A DNA stretch of 63,479 nt, the filler included, from Olpidium bornovanus S191 (lineage: Eukaryota > Fungi > Olpidiomycota): assembly GCA_017911155.1 (NCBI GenBank). It is 32 parts of 32 records of this genome, joined end to end, with 100 filler letters (N's around TTAATTAATTAA, not from the genome) between each part and the next. Parts side by side here need not be neighbours in the genome. Positions count along the whole stretch, not along the records: positions 1 to 1,280 come from JAEFCI010011911.1; positions 1,381 to 4,953 come from JAEFCI010010957.1; positions 5,054 to 7,309 come from JAEFCI010003757.1; positions 7,410 to 8,556 come from JAEFCI010010851.1; positions 8,657 to 10,665 come from JAEFCI010000239.1; positions 10,766 to 12,555 come from JAEFCI010005557.1; 26 more parts are not named here. One strand, 5' to 3'. Positions 1 through 11,276 of this stretch are shown here, one piece after another. The stretch's first letter is position 1, and every line of letters starts with the position of its first letter. Below the pieces are notes generated by a model. It was not told the DNA's origin and did not search any database. It worked only from the letters and a program-made list of their open reading frames with translations. A program made the translations under genes and the position numbers.

Positions 1-48
1 TGCCTCTGTCGGCGTCTCGCCTCTGTCGCAGCACATCTTGTCATATTT

Positions 49-180
49 ATGTCCTCTTCCAACGACGACATCGTTCCATCCGCACCTCCACTACGTGTGC
101 GCCCATATCGTGTGTCTCATGCCGAACGCGCCATCATTCGCCATCACGTGCAGAAAAATGACGATGCTGGTATCGGACGG
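49..180 (+). mobile_element. Tiny Ty3/gypsy pol remnant (segment just upstream of the RT core)
   Basis: Translates as APPLRVRPYRVSHAERAIIRHHVQKNDDAGI, matching the gypsy PxxxxPYRxSxxERxxIxxxVxxMLxxGII motif. No flanking RT or LTR is visible. Confidence 0.5.
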
Positions 181-341
181 CGGAAGGGTGTAAGGTGGAA
201 AAAAGGGATGGAAAGAGGGGGCGTGGGGGTGGGGGGAGGGGGAAAACTACCGCAATAATTAGACGGCCAGATTCACGCCCCAGCCAGGGAGCACACGAAC
301 CGACCGGCCGCGCTTGCCGGCAAAGTCGCCGGCGGCTGTTC

Positions 342-1001
342 TCAGGCAGCTCGGACGCTTTCGCGGCCAGAGGTCGCGTCCTGCGCTTCCTTGCCGGCTT
401 GTTCCTTGGGCTGTTCATTCGTCTCGCGGTATGCCTCCGGGGCATCCGAAACCTGGGCGGTCGCCTCGGAGGGGGGCTGCACTGCTTTCGGGGCATTCTC
501 TTCGCCCTCGACCGGTTCGCTTGGCGCGGCGACGCCGGCGGCGGTCTTGCCGTTGACCTGGATGGCCGACGCCGCTTCGCCGCCGGCGCACTTGGAGGGT
601 CCGTCTTCGGCGGGAGCGTCGGCGGGAGTGTCGACGGCCGCCGGGACCACGACGTCCTGCCCCTTCCCGGACGGGGCGAAACCGCCGGCGGAGTCGCTCG
701 CGCCCTCCACGACGCTCTTTCCGCCGTACCGAGTGGGAAGGTTTTCTTCGGGTATGCTCTGCAGTAGTGCCTCGGTGGTGTCAGAGGCCGAGCAGATGAC
801 AAACTTCTTTACGGTGGCCTCGGAAAGCATCGGCCTGATTGACTTGAATACGGCCGGGGCCCACCAAGGGAGGTTGACAAAATACTTCTTGGCAAGGAAC
901 TTGGGGTAGTTGTCCTGCATCAACTGGATCACGCGATTCGTCGCCTCTTTGGACTGCGGCGTCCGACCAAAAAAGAAGCTGGCGCCGGCGTAGTCGTGGA
1001 C
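342..1001 (-). CDS. SFH5: Sec14/CRAL-TRIO phosphatidylinositol transfer protein, SFH5-like, 3' exon (partial)
   Basis: After an acceptor AG at 1003-1002 the frame reads VHDYAGASFFFGRTPQSKEATNRVIQLMQDNYPKFLAKKYFVNLPWW...KSIRPMLSEATVKKF, typical of the SFH5 subgroup, then an acidic/Ala-rich tail to a stop at 342. Confidence 0.8.
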   Translation of the reverse strand, partial: VHDYAGASFFFGRTPQSKEATNRVIQLMQDNYPKFLAKKYFVNLPWWAPAVFKSIRPMLSEATVKKFVICSASDTTEALLQSIPEENLPTRYGGKSVVEGASDSAGGFAPSGKGQDVVVPAAVDTPADAPAEDGPSKCAGGEAASAIQVNGKTAAGVAAPSEPVEGEENAPKAVQPPSEATAQVSDAPEAYRETNEQPKEQAGKEAQDATSGRESVRAA

Positions 1002-1280
1002 CTGAGTAGTGAGAGAACGTTACCATAAAGCAATTTGGGCCTGAAAAGACGACCACGAAAAAGTAGAAGAGAAGGCAATCGGATTCATCTAAGCTACGCG
1101 GGGCGGGGATATAGGACAAGAAAGTAGGATCACGAAAGAGAGGAAAAATGCGGACGCGACATGGTATCACGATCAATGAGGAAAAACGTGGGACGACAGA
1201 GTCGTCATAATCAAAGAGGGGGGAAAACGTGGGAACGACGCGGGTGTCGCAATCGAAGAGAAAAAAAAAACGCGTGCGCA

Positions 1281-1380
1281 NNNNNNNNNNNNNNNNNNNN
1301 NNNNNNNNNNNNNNNNNNNNNNNNTTAATTAATTAANNNNNNNNNNNNNNNNNNNNNNNNNNNNNNNNNNNNNNNNNNNN
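1281..1380. other. Artificial contig-joining spacer (N44-TTAATTAATTAA-N44), the first of 31 identical copies
   Basis: Identical 100-nt spacers start at 1281, 4954, 7310, 8557, 10666, 12556, 15551, 16819, 18320, 19567, 21606, 23464, 25621, 26898, 28590, 31378, 32604, 34771, 36389, 38990, 40505, 43541, 45152, 48227, 49619, 50757, 52132, 54461, 57987, 59975 and 62067. TTAATTAATTAA gives stops in all six frames, and genes are cut abruptly at each spacer. Confidence 0.98.
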
Positions 1381-1389
1381 ACCTGTCCC

Positions 1390-1483
<94 letters not shown>

Positions 1484-2196
1484 CCCCCCCCCCCCCCCCC
1501 CCGGCCCCCCCCGCCCCCCCCCCCCCCCCCCCCCTCCCTCCCGCCTCACCCACCTCCACCGTCGCCCGCCCGCCCGCGCGCGCGCTCTTCTTCCTCCCGC
1601 CTCTTCTTTCCCGATCCTCCCACGCCGCGCTCAGCCCCGGCTCCCCTTACGTTTTGAACGCCCCCCAAAGAGTGCGAGCGCGGAAAATTTTCTTTTTTTT
1701 TTTTTTTTTTTTTTTTTTCCGGAAAGCAAGCAAACCATCCCCCTTCCGCCGCCGTTTCACCGTCCCGGCCGCCGGGGGAAGACGACGGAGAGAGGGGGAG
1801 GAAAGGAAGCGGATTTGATCAGCCAAGAAAAAGGGCGCCGCGCGCACGGTCAGGGGTCCCCGAACCCTTTCCCGCACCGCAAACACACGCGCACACACAC
1901 ACACAACGCCGGGTAAATCCCAGGGCCCCACGCGAGGCAAGCCCGGAACCTTTCTGTCGCAAGAACGCGCGGGACCGCACCCGGGCGAGCGCGCGCTCTC
2001 TCTCTCTATCTCGCCCGACGTTCTTCCGCGCGCGGTTCTGCACGCGCCCCCCGCCTCCGGCCGGGCCCTCGGCGAGGCACGCACCACCTCGGCAAAGCAA
2101 AGAAAGGTCGTCAGGAGCGGAGAAGAGAAGCGGAGGGGGCCCGGGGGAGGAGGGATTGAAGGCCGGCCCCAACCTTTCGCCGCCCCCTTCTCCTCG

Positions 2197-4790
2197 ATGC
2201 AGGCCGAGGCGCGCGCGGAGACGGCGGCGCCGGCGACGCCGCCTCCGAACGTGAAGCAGGCGTGGACGGCCGCAGAGCCGCCGCCGGCGAGGAACCCGGA
2301 GAGATCCGCGGCCTTGCGCCGGCTGGCGGCCGAGGGTCCCACGCAGCGCTCGAAGGTCTACGAGCTCACAAACGACAGCCAGTGGGACGACAAGGGGACC
2401 GGTCACTGCCGTTGCGAGCACAGCGAAGTGAGTCGCAGGCCCGCGCGCCGAACGCCCGGTTTGTTTTTTTTTCCCCAGATTTTCCGTGGGCGGCGGGGGC
2501 GAACACCGCCCCGCCGAGGGGGGGTGGGGGGGCCGGACGTTCGTCCGGCGCTGTTTCCGGAAAAAGGGTGCGGACGGACGGTGCCCGCGCCGCCGTCGTT
2601 CTTCATGTGCGGTCGACGTGAGACGTTTGCGGGTGGCAAAACCTCTTGGACGGCACGCGGCGAAACGTGCGCCAGAACAGAACCGGTTGCATGCAGCGCC
2701 GAGTGAAGGTCCCCGCGCGATGTCTTTTTTTTTACAAAAAAAATAATCCTTAAACGAGTGGTCGAAGATGAACTTCGACCCAGGAACATATTTCCTTCAG
2801 CGAGTGGCCGGAAACGGAGCCGCCTACTTTAGGAATATATTCCTTTCAGAGTGTTGTCTGAATCGGAATCGCGAGCCGAGAATACGGCCGACGGAGTTTC
2901 TCGTGGGTTTCTGGTTAATAACACTTATCGCCGTTTCTTTTTTTTTTTTTTTTACGTTTTCGTTGTCGTGGCTCAATAGGCCGACGATGCCGTTTTCATC
3001 GTCGTACGGTCGGAAGCGGACGCGTCTGAGCTTGTGAACACTAGGATTATCAAGGACGACATCTATCAGAGACAACAAGACACGCTTATAGTCTGGACGG
3101 AGCCGTCGGATGGCCGCGATCTGGCTCTCAGCTTCGAGAACATCGAAGGCTGCTTTGCCGTGTGGCACCAAATATGCGAAATCCAGCGCATCCTTGGCGG
3201 CAAGCCGAACGGTCAGCATGGCTCTGGCGCCGCTCACCCCACGTCCCTTTTGGCGAGAAGCCGTCAGGCTGACATGTCGCAGACGAATCTCTTTCGTACA
3301 GTCCCGAGTCGGATGGGTATGCTGGAAGTCCCGCCTCCTTGCCGGAACCAACCATCAGCAACCTCGACGCCATCGTCGGCGGCATCAGGATGGCAACCCA
3401 GTCCCCCGTAGACCGAGATAGATTGTCGAGCTTCATTCAGAATAATGTAAGACCGAGATTTCTGGGGCGTCTCGTGTCGTTTCCCCGGGGCTTTTTCTAA
3501 CTCTCTCGAGTTGCCTTCGCGGTTTTGTGGTTCCTCCAGGATTACATCGACAAGCTCATCTCGCTCTTCGAGACGTGCGAAGATCTTGAGGCGGAAAGCG
3601 AGCTTTACAAGCTATGCGAAATTATGAAGACAATAAGTAGGGTTTCGGAAGCGTATCCCGCGGAATTTCTTACTTTTTTTTTCAGATTGGGGTTTCACGC
3701 TCTTCCCTTCTCGTTTTCGCAGTTTTTCTGAACGACAGCGCCATTCTGGACATAATTATGAAACAAGACACGATATTTCAAGTTGTGGGGATGCTGGAAC
3801 GTGAGTGAGGTATTTGGTCGTTTCCCGGCTGTTTCAAGGCTGGCGTGCACGAGAATCTGACGCGTTCTCCGGGCCGCGAAACAGATGACCCCGACTACCC
3901 GAGCGTGAACTTTGATTACCGGAGATACCTCTCGGACCCTACAATATTTAAAGAGGTCGTACCGATCCGCGACCCCAAACTGAAGGCAAAGATACACGAG
4001 ACGTTCTGGCTGCAATACCTTAAGGACGTTGTACTGGCGCGAGTGTTGGACGACCAGGCGTTCAGCATCCTCAATTCCCGTATCTTCTTCAACAACGTTG
4101 AAATCATCAGCTTGCTCCAGAGAGACCGGCAGTTCTTTGAGGATCTGTTCGACCTGCTGAAGGAGGGAACGGACGAACCGATAAAAAGGCGGAGGGACGC
4201 CGTCCTGTTCATACAGCAGTTCTGTACGCTCGCGAAGAACCTCCAGCAAGTGAACCTCGTCGCGCTGTACCGGTACGGTTCGAGTGAGGACATTGTCACC
4301 CCAAGCTTTTGCCTGGGTCCTCTGCTCGCCGTTACTGACGCGCTTCCTGGTCATGATGCACGCAGTTCGCTCAGCACGCATGGTCTGTTCCGGGTTTTCC
4401 ACTTTGCCTTTCAGGACCCAGCAGCGAATATCCGGATGGCCGGCGCAGACGTGCTCTCGTCGATACTGGAACACGACCCCGGCCTCGTGAGGTCGTACAT
4501 TCTTGTCCAAATAAGAACGAACGCCCAGCCTCCGCTTCTGGAGTCGATCATCGACCGGCTGCTGACCGACCAGGACTTCGGGGTCAGAATCCAGTTTGTG
4601 GAGGTCATGCGGATCCTGCTCGGCACAAACCGAGTCCCCGGCGGGATTGAGGCGCTGATGGAAGGGCGTCCCCCGCCTAGGGTGGACGAGGAGGCGGCGC
4701 AGTTCCTGGAAGCGTTCTACGACCCGTACATGAAGCAGGTGTGCGCTCCGCTGCTGGAACTGAGCTCTGAAGACCGGATGGTGCAGATCG
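2197..4790 (+). CDS. PSY2: PP4 regulatory subunit 3 (Psy2/SMK-1/SMEK), multi-exon, 3'-partial
   Basis: EVH1-like N-terminus (KVYELTNDSQWDDKGTG; IYQRQQDTLIVWTEPSDGRDLALSF), then LPEPTISNL, LFETCEDLE, YDPDYP and the SMK-1 domain motif TFWLQYLKDVVLARVLDD...LNSRIFFNNVEI. GT-AG introns, e.g. donor at 2428. Confidence 0.93.
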
Positions 4791-5822
4791 GTACGTTTTT
4801 GTGGATTCCCGGTGGGACCGCGTGCGAAAACATATGGGCTTCAGGTTCGCAGCCTAAGCAGCTGAGTTGGCTTCCTACCCCCCTCTCCTTCACACGTGTT
4901 CGGAAAAAACATAAAAATAAAAACAAAAGGTAATGTACATCTGTTGGAACTTGNNNNNNNNNNNNNNNNNNNNNNNNNNNNNNNNNNNNNNNNNNNNTTA
5001 ATTAATTAANNNNNNNNNNNNNNNNNNNNNNNNNNNNNNNNNNNNNNNNNNNNAAAAAAAAAAAAAAAAAAAAAACTTCCCCCCGCACCGTGCCGGCTGC
5101 ACCACTACATTCTGTCTTTTGGTTAACGGCCGTTTCTCCCAAACCTGTTTGCTCGATTTCGAGATCTCCGACAACGGACCTCCCCCCACCGCCCCCCCTT
5201 CTTCCCCCGAGGTCTCCAACACGGACCTTCCCCCCCCCTTTCCTCCACCTCCACAAACGTTTTGGTTGGTCAGGGGTATTGTTCAGCGAACGCCTCTCCT
5301 CCCACCTGGGTGACGAGATATTTCCTCCATTATCACGCGCGTTCGCTACGCTCCGCGGGATGAGACTCCCTGACAACGGTATTACCGGACAGAGATTCCG
5401 GTTTGGCTATTATTAGCGATGAGGAACAGGTCTCGGGTAATGTAGTTTTAAACTTTTGGGAATGAAATATCGGGACCGGAGGGCATAACAGAGGGGAAAC
5501 CCTTGGAGAGATAAAGGGACGGGAAGGTGGGGTTCGGGTTCCACGGACATCACAAGTGGGCCCACTAAGAAAAAAAAAAAAAAGATTAAGCACCAAGGGA
5601 TATGGAACGGGAATAGAGCTAAAGGGGCGGGGAATTGACCAAGGTCCTTCTAATGGGTCCCGGCTGGACAACAAAGCAGAGAAGACCATTGGCGATATTA
5701 TGGTGTTGTCCCGGCGCTCGTAGGGCGGGCGGGAAGGAGGGGGGGGGGGGGGGAGGGGGGGGGGGGGGGGGGGAGGGGGGGAGGAGAGGGGCCCGGACAG
5801 GCGCGCGCTCGCGGCCGCGTTC

Positions 5823-7309
5823 TTACCACACGGTGGTGGTGAGGCCGGCGGCCGTCAGCGCCGCGAACACGCCCAGGAGGCCGCCGTTCGGCGCCGGCAG
5901 GGCGGCGGCGCCGTTTTCGACGACCACGATCGGCTCGGTGATGCCTTCGCCCGACACCGTGACGGCGTCCACCTCCTCCTCCGACCGGGACCCGGCGGGT
6001 TCCGCGGACTCCGTGGAGGTCTCGAGCACGGGCGCGGCGGGGGATTCGGACGGCGGCGGCGGCGGCGGCGCCGCTTCGGTCGCGGTGGTCACGGCGGGGG
6101 GCCCTCCTCCCGCTTCCTCCGACGAGGACGCCGGCTCCGCGCCGCCGGTGGCCTCCTCCTCCTCCTCCGCCGCCGACGTCTCGGACGCGGGGGGCTCCGT
6201 CGCCGTCGCGGCGGCCTCGCCGCCCGCGGGCTCTGTCGCGGTTCCGGAGGCGGATTCGACGGGTTCCGTGGAGGGCTCGGCGGCGGATTCGGCGGTCGCG
6301 GTTTCGGCGGCGGATTCGACGGATTCCGTGACGGTTTCGGCGGCGGGTTCGACGGATTCCGTGACGGTTTCGCCGGCGGATTCGACGGCGGATTCGACGG
6401 ATTCCGTGACGGTTTCGGCGGCGGATTCGAGGGACTCCGTCACGGTTTCGGCGGCGGATTCGACGGATTCCGTGACGGTCTCGGCGGCGGATTGGAGGGA
6501 TTCCGTGACGGTTTCGGCGGCGGATTCGACGGATTCCGTGACGGTTTCGGCGGCGGATTCGAGAGACTCCGTCGATTCGACGGATTCCGTCACGGTTTCG
6601 GCGGCGGATTCGGCGGAAGACTCGGCGGCGGATTCGGCGGATTCCGTCGAAGACTCGGCGGCGGATTCGGCGGCGGATTCGGCTAACTCCGTCGCGGACG
6701 CGGCGGCGGATTCGGCGGATGCTGCGGCGGATTCGGCCGACTCCGTCACGGATGCGGCGGCGGATTCTACGGATTCCGTGACGGTTTCGGCGGCGGATTC
6801 GGCGGACTCCGTCACGGATGCGGCAGCGGATTCGGCGGACTCCGTCGCGGATTCGGCGGCGGATTCGGCGGACTCCGTCACGGATGCGGCAGCGGATTCG
6901 ACGGATTCGGTCGAAGATTCTGCGGCGGATTCCGCGGCAGATTCTGTGGTTGGTTCGGCGGCAGATTGTGTCGCGGATTCGGCGGAATCTGTTGTAGATT
7001 CTGCGGCCAATTCGGTGGTGGATTCTGCTGCAGATTCGACAGCTTCCGTGGCGGATGCCGCCGCGGATTCGGCAGCGGATTCTGCTGCGGACTCGGCGGA
7101 TTCCGCGGCGGATTCCGCGGCGGATTCGGCGGCGGATTCGGCGGCAGATTCAGCGGATTCCGTCGCCGATTCGGCAGCGGACTCTGTTGCAGATACAGCA
7201 GATTCCGTGGCGGATTCGGCGGCGGATTCGGCGGCAGATTCCGCGGATTCCGTCGCGGACTCGGCAGCGGATTCGGCGGATTCCGTGGCGGATTCGGCAG
7301 CGGATTCGG
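5823..7309 (-). CDS. Ala/Glu/Ser/Thr-rich tandem-repeat surface protein with a GPI-signal-like C-terminus (5'-partial)
   Basis: The frame is open from the contig end to TAA at 5823. It contains ESAA and ESAAETVT repeats and ends in the hydrophobic APNGGLLGVFAALTAAGLTTTVW*. Confidence 0.7.
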
Positions 7310-7583
7310 NNNNNNNNNNNNNNNNNNNNNNNNNNNNNNNNNNNNNNNNNNNNTTAATTAATTAANNNNNNNNNNNNNNNNNNNNNNNNNNNNNNNNNNN
7401 NNNNNNNNNCATTCACGAATGGGGGGGGGTAGGGAGGGACTTCTCTCTCTATCTCTCTTTTTCGCGACGACTCTCCCCCCCTCCCCTCCCCTTGCCCCAC
7501 CCCACCTCCCCTTCCGCGCCACCCCCGACCCAGGAGCCCGACGACCGCTCAGGGCCACACACACACAAAAAAAAAGTCACTCC

Positions 7584-8409
7584 CACCTTGTGCGAGTATA
7601 CCATCCCGTTGGGCAGGGCCATGGGCGGGTTATCTTCGTTCATGATCTGGCCGGATATTCGGCAGACGATGTTAGAGTTGACGTGGTGCGACAGCGGCAG
7701 GTGCAGCGCCAGCACGCCGAGCGTGTCGGTCGCGCACACGGGGCAGTTAAAGTTTTGGTTGGCCGGCTGGTAGCACTGCTGCGTCTTGAGCGCCGACAGG
7801 CCGGCCTGCAGCGTCAGCGTCAAGAGCGGTTGGTTGGGCAGGGAGTTGAGCGCGTAGTTGTCCGCCCGGAACTGCCTGACTAGGCCGTCCCACCTGCTCT
7901 CTTCGAAAAGCCTCTGAAGGACCAAAAGAATGGGGAGAGAGCGGGGAAGTGAGATATAATGAAGGTGTCGAAGATGGAGGCAGGATAAAACGGGAGCGGG
8001 CTCCGTGTAAATGGTACCAGTTCGCGCCAGGGTCGCCGTTTTAAACCGCGTGCGTCGCTCCTCTCCCCCCCGCCCCCCCCCCAACCCGCGGCCGTGCCGT
8101 CTCACCATGTACGGCTTGCACGACGTATCCGGGCTGAACGCGAGCAGACCCATGGCCGTCTGAATTTCTTTCATGTGGGCGTCCGCCCAGGAGACCAGAT
8201 ACTTTTTGGCGTACGCGATGGCGTCGACGAGCTTCCGCGCCCGCACGAGCTCGACGTACTCCTGCAGCCTCAGCTGAAACTCCAAGGCCGACTTGTTCTT
8301 GCGCAGGGCGGACTTGTGCTCCGAGCACCACTGCAGCGCTTCGGTGCAGGACCGGCGCCGGAGGGCGTCCTCCACCCGCTGCGCTTGGACAAACAGCTCG
8401 ATATCTGCA
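7584..8409 (-). CDS. FYV10: CTLH/GID complex subunit MAEA/Fyv10 (GID9), internal and 3' exons
   Basis: CTLH/CRA motifs (ALQWCSEHKSALRK, LEFQLRLQEYVELVR, AIAYAKKY), LQAGLSALKT, CPVC, and the degenerate RING LVCRISGQIMNEDNPPMALPNGMVYS-type segment (here IVCRISGQ). One intron at about 7915-8107. Confidence 0.9.
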
Positions 8410-8697
8410 AAGTCCTGGGGAAACCGGGACGAGAACGGACACGACTCGGCTTTCCTTTCTCTCTCCCTCCCCTCCACACACACCCCCCCCCCCCCCCCCC
8501 CCCCCCCCCCACCCCCAAAAAAAACAAAAAAAAAAAAAACGGCAACGCCGCACGCANNNNNNNNNNNNNNNNNNNNNNNNNNNNNNNNNNNNNNNNNNNN
8601 TTAATTAATTAANNNNNNNNNNNNNNNNNNNNNNNNNNNNNNNNNNNNNNNNNNNNCCCCCCCCCCTCCCTTCCCCCCGCACCCGCCTCCCCACACC

Positions 8698-8821
8698 TTC
8701 GCAGCACGCTCTCGAAAATCTCCTGCTCCTTTTGCGCCTCGACGGCCGTCAAGCCGGTTGAATCGGTGGTGATCTCGTACTCGTACACGTCGGTGCGGCC
8801 GACGCGGAACCTGTACACCTG
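8698..8821 (-). CDS. Unassigned coding exon (VYRFRVGRTDVYEYEITTDSTGLTAVEAQKEQEIFESVLRR)
   Basis: Flanked by CAG acceptor-like and GTGTG donor-like sites, with strong GC3 codon bias. The family is not recognised. Confidence 0.35.
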
Positions 8822-8864
8822 TCGGTCGTTTGAGAGGCCCGGCTGGAGATTCGGGGGCGGCGGC

Positions 8865-8907
<43 letters not shown>

Positions 8908-9551
8908 ACTGGCCCCGTCAAGCTGTAGTTCTGCGGTGGACGGCTGATTTGGGAATACTAGGCCGGATGAGGGTCTGTTCGGAATGCAGCTTGGAAAGAC
9001 CGGATGATGATTTTTATCATCACAGAGAAACGTGCAGGAAATGCAGAACACAATACGAATGAATATGAGCGCAAAAACGGTAATGTTATCCCTCCGGTTG
9101 GAACCACCACATCCGCATTCGAGAGCGCTACAGGAACGGCTGGAGCGTCGGACAACACGTGTGAGAGATTTTAAAACATCAGGCAAGAGACACTACCGCC
9201 CGGGCGGGGAGCCGGCCGGCGATCTGGTTCCCGCTGGCCGGGACCCGGTGCGAGCCGGCTGGCAGCCCTCTTCCCGCCGGCGGGCAATCGGCTCGGGGCG
9301 CGCGGGCGGTCGAGGGAGGCGAGACGCTATGGAGATGAGAACAGTTCCATCAGGCGTGAAAATCGACAGTTTTCTTGATGATGTTGTCGCCACGGCGGCC
9401 ATAAATGACCCGGTCGACCCTTTGGAGGCGGGGAGGCGTGAATCACCTCGCATGGAGGACTTGAGAACATAATAAGGCGGGGATGTGCAAGGGAAACTCT
9501 AAAGCGCTTGGAAACGGGTGTTTGAAAACATATTAGCCGGAAAAAGACACT

Positions 9552-10665
9552 TCAGGAATGCGTGCACACATGCCCGTGAAATGTATCCGCGGCTCCGCCC
9601 GCAGGTCGAAATCCGTCAGGACGGAGGTTGCCGCGCCCGTCTTTGCTGAAGGAGCTTGAAGACGAACCGTTGCCCTCGTCGCGAAAGAAGTCTGCGCCGT
9701 AGCTTTTCTCGCCGGCGGAGACAACATCGCCGAACTGGCTGGTAACCATGCTCTGCTCGACACTTCGCTCCACAATCGGAGACAGCCGAGACTGGGAATT
9801 GTCGTCGGCCGCGAAAGCGGGACCGGTAGCGTCATCGAACCCGGGAGGGTCGTCAAAGCGCTTGCTGGCCGTGGCACAGAGTGTCTGCCTTGGCCGTGGT
9901 TGCGACGTGGCTCTCCGGAAAGGCCCGCAAATATGCGGTGGGGTGGTAGATGCCCACGGCTTCTAGGCACCCGAATGCCTTGTCGAACATCGGCTTCCCG
10001 GGTTCGTCCAACTCGACATGGCTCTCCTTTATGCTTCCTGTCGCGTAGCCCAAGTCTTCGGAAGCTGGCACCCGGGCCTCATCAAAGTGCGCACCCAAAG
10101 TTTGAAAGTCACGGTCGTCGTTGTCCCCCCGTCGAGGACACTGTCTTCATCGTCTTCATCCCATTCCAACTCATCGGCTGGGACAGACCGGGGCGCAACG
10201 TCCCCTTCGCCGTCCGTAGCTCGTGCATTGGCGTACGGCCGCCATTGACGTGGGCTGCGGGGCCATTCGCTCTGAGCACGGCCGGACAAGCGGAGTCGGC
10301 ATCTTCGTCGCGAAAAACTAGTGAAACTCCGTCCGGACGAAGTGGAAACTACGGTGGGCTGCTTAATACCCAGAGGAACACGGAAAGCTGCCCCCCACAT
10401 GCGGAAGGTCGCCGGCCGCCGCCGGATTCGCCGAATGCCCGCCTGAACACCGACGTGTCTCGTTGTCCGCGGCTGTCCTCCGTTTTCTGCACGGCAATAG
10501 GACGCCTCCTCCAGTTCGTTCTTCAGTGGCTGACTGAACATCTCCATGATATCGGCCAGCGCGGCCTTGGTGTTGATCGCTGGCGATGCCGGTCCTTTCC
10601 CTATGTTCTCGAGTTTGGTGACTTTCGTGAAGTCTTTGACGGCAACAGGTCGATTCTCAACACCA
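9552..10665 (-). CDS. BUB1: Spindle checkpoint protein Bub1/Mad3 (MadBub), central region (partial)
   Basis: SPAINTKAALADIMEMFSQP (about 10520-10580) matches the Bub1 CD1 motif (human SPTVHTKEALGFIMNMFQAP). RLSPIVERSVE (about 9760-9790) matches the BubR1 KARD motif LSPIIEDS. The TPR and kinase domains are not on this contig. Confidence 0.65.
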
Positions 10666-10789
10666 NNNNNNNNNNNNNNNNNNNNNNNNNNNNNNNNNNN
10701 NNNNNNNNNTTAATTAATTAANNNNNNNNNNNNNNNNNNNNNNNNNNNNNNNNNNNNNNNNNNNNGTTCTCCCGGCATCAATAAACGTA

Positions 10790-10862
10790 CCTGCTCGCGA
10801 TCAACTAAGCGCATCGCCGTCACCAGGCTCTTCTCAATCTCCTGTTCCCGAATCTCCATGTA
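10790..10862 (-). CDS. Possible short exon of a gene divergent from TRP5 (MEIREQEIEKSLVTAMRLVDREQ)
   Basis: ATG-initiated helical-looking peptide followed by a GTACGT donor. No family recognised. Confidence 0.2.
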
Positions 10863-11128
10863 CGCGCAACCGTGCTTGATCTCCTCCCCCCCCCCCCGCC
10901 CGCCAGCGACGGAGCCTGCCGCCAATTAAGAAGAAGAAGTCGCCATTGCCTGCCGCCCAACGCAAGCAGCGCTTTTGCGCCGGGCGGCAAAAGTTGGGTT
11001 GGCTGGGAATTTTTGCGCGAAACCCCTTTTTTCCCCCCTCCCCCCCTTATTCTCCCCCCTCCACCCCCTTTTTTTTTTTTTTTTCCCCCCCCCCGGCGGG
11101 CGGTCCCGTGACCCAACCCCCCCCCCCC

Positions 11129-11165
<37 letters not shown>

Positions 11166-11276
11166 AGCTCCCCGACCTCCGCCTCCTCCCCGGCTCCCCT
11201 GCCCTCCGCGGCGAAAACTGCCGCCACGCCACAAGGCCGAATCCCGCCCGACGCGACCGCCACCGCCGCGCCACTG

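Noticed and set aside
1381-1560. Poly-C/G and poly-A/T tracts (also about 15400, 18420-18540, 32704-32815, 62920-63010, 63260-63330) as G-quadruplex elements or poly-Gly/Pro/Lys/Phe proteins
   Set aside because: They cluster at contig ends and are flanked by degraded run-like sequence typical of low-quality reads, so lengths and frames are unreliable. Some underlying runs may be real.
5635-7365. 576-aa plus-strand ORF (ADSAADS repeats) and the overlapping Gly/Phe- and Arg-rich ORFs
   Set aside because: These are antisense or alternate-frame shadows of the repeat gene. The repeated codons lack stops in several frames, and only the minus frame has a sensible C-terminal signal.
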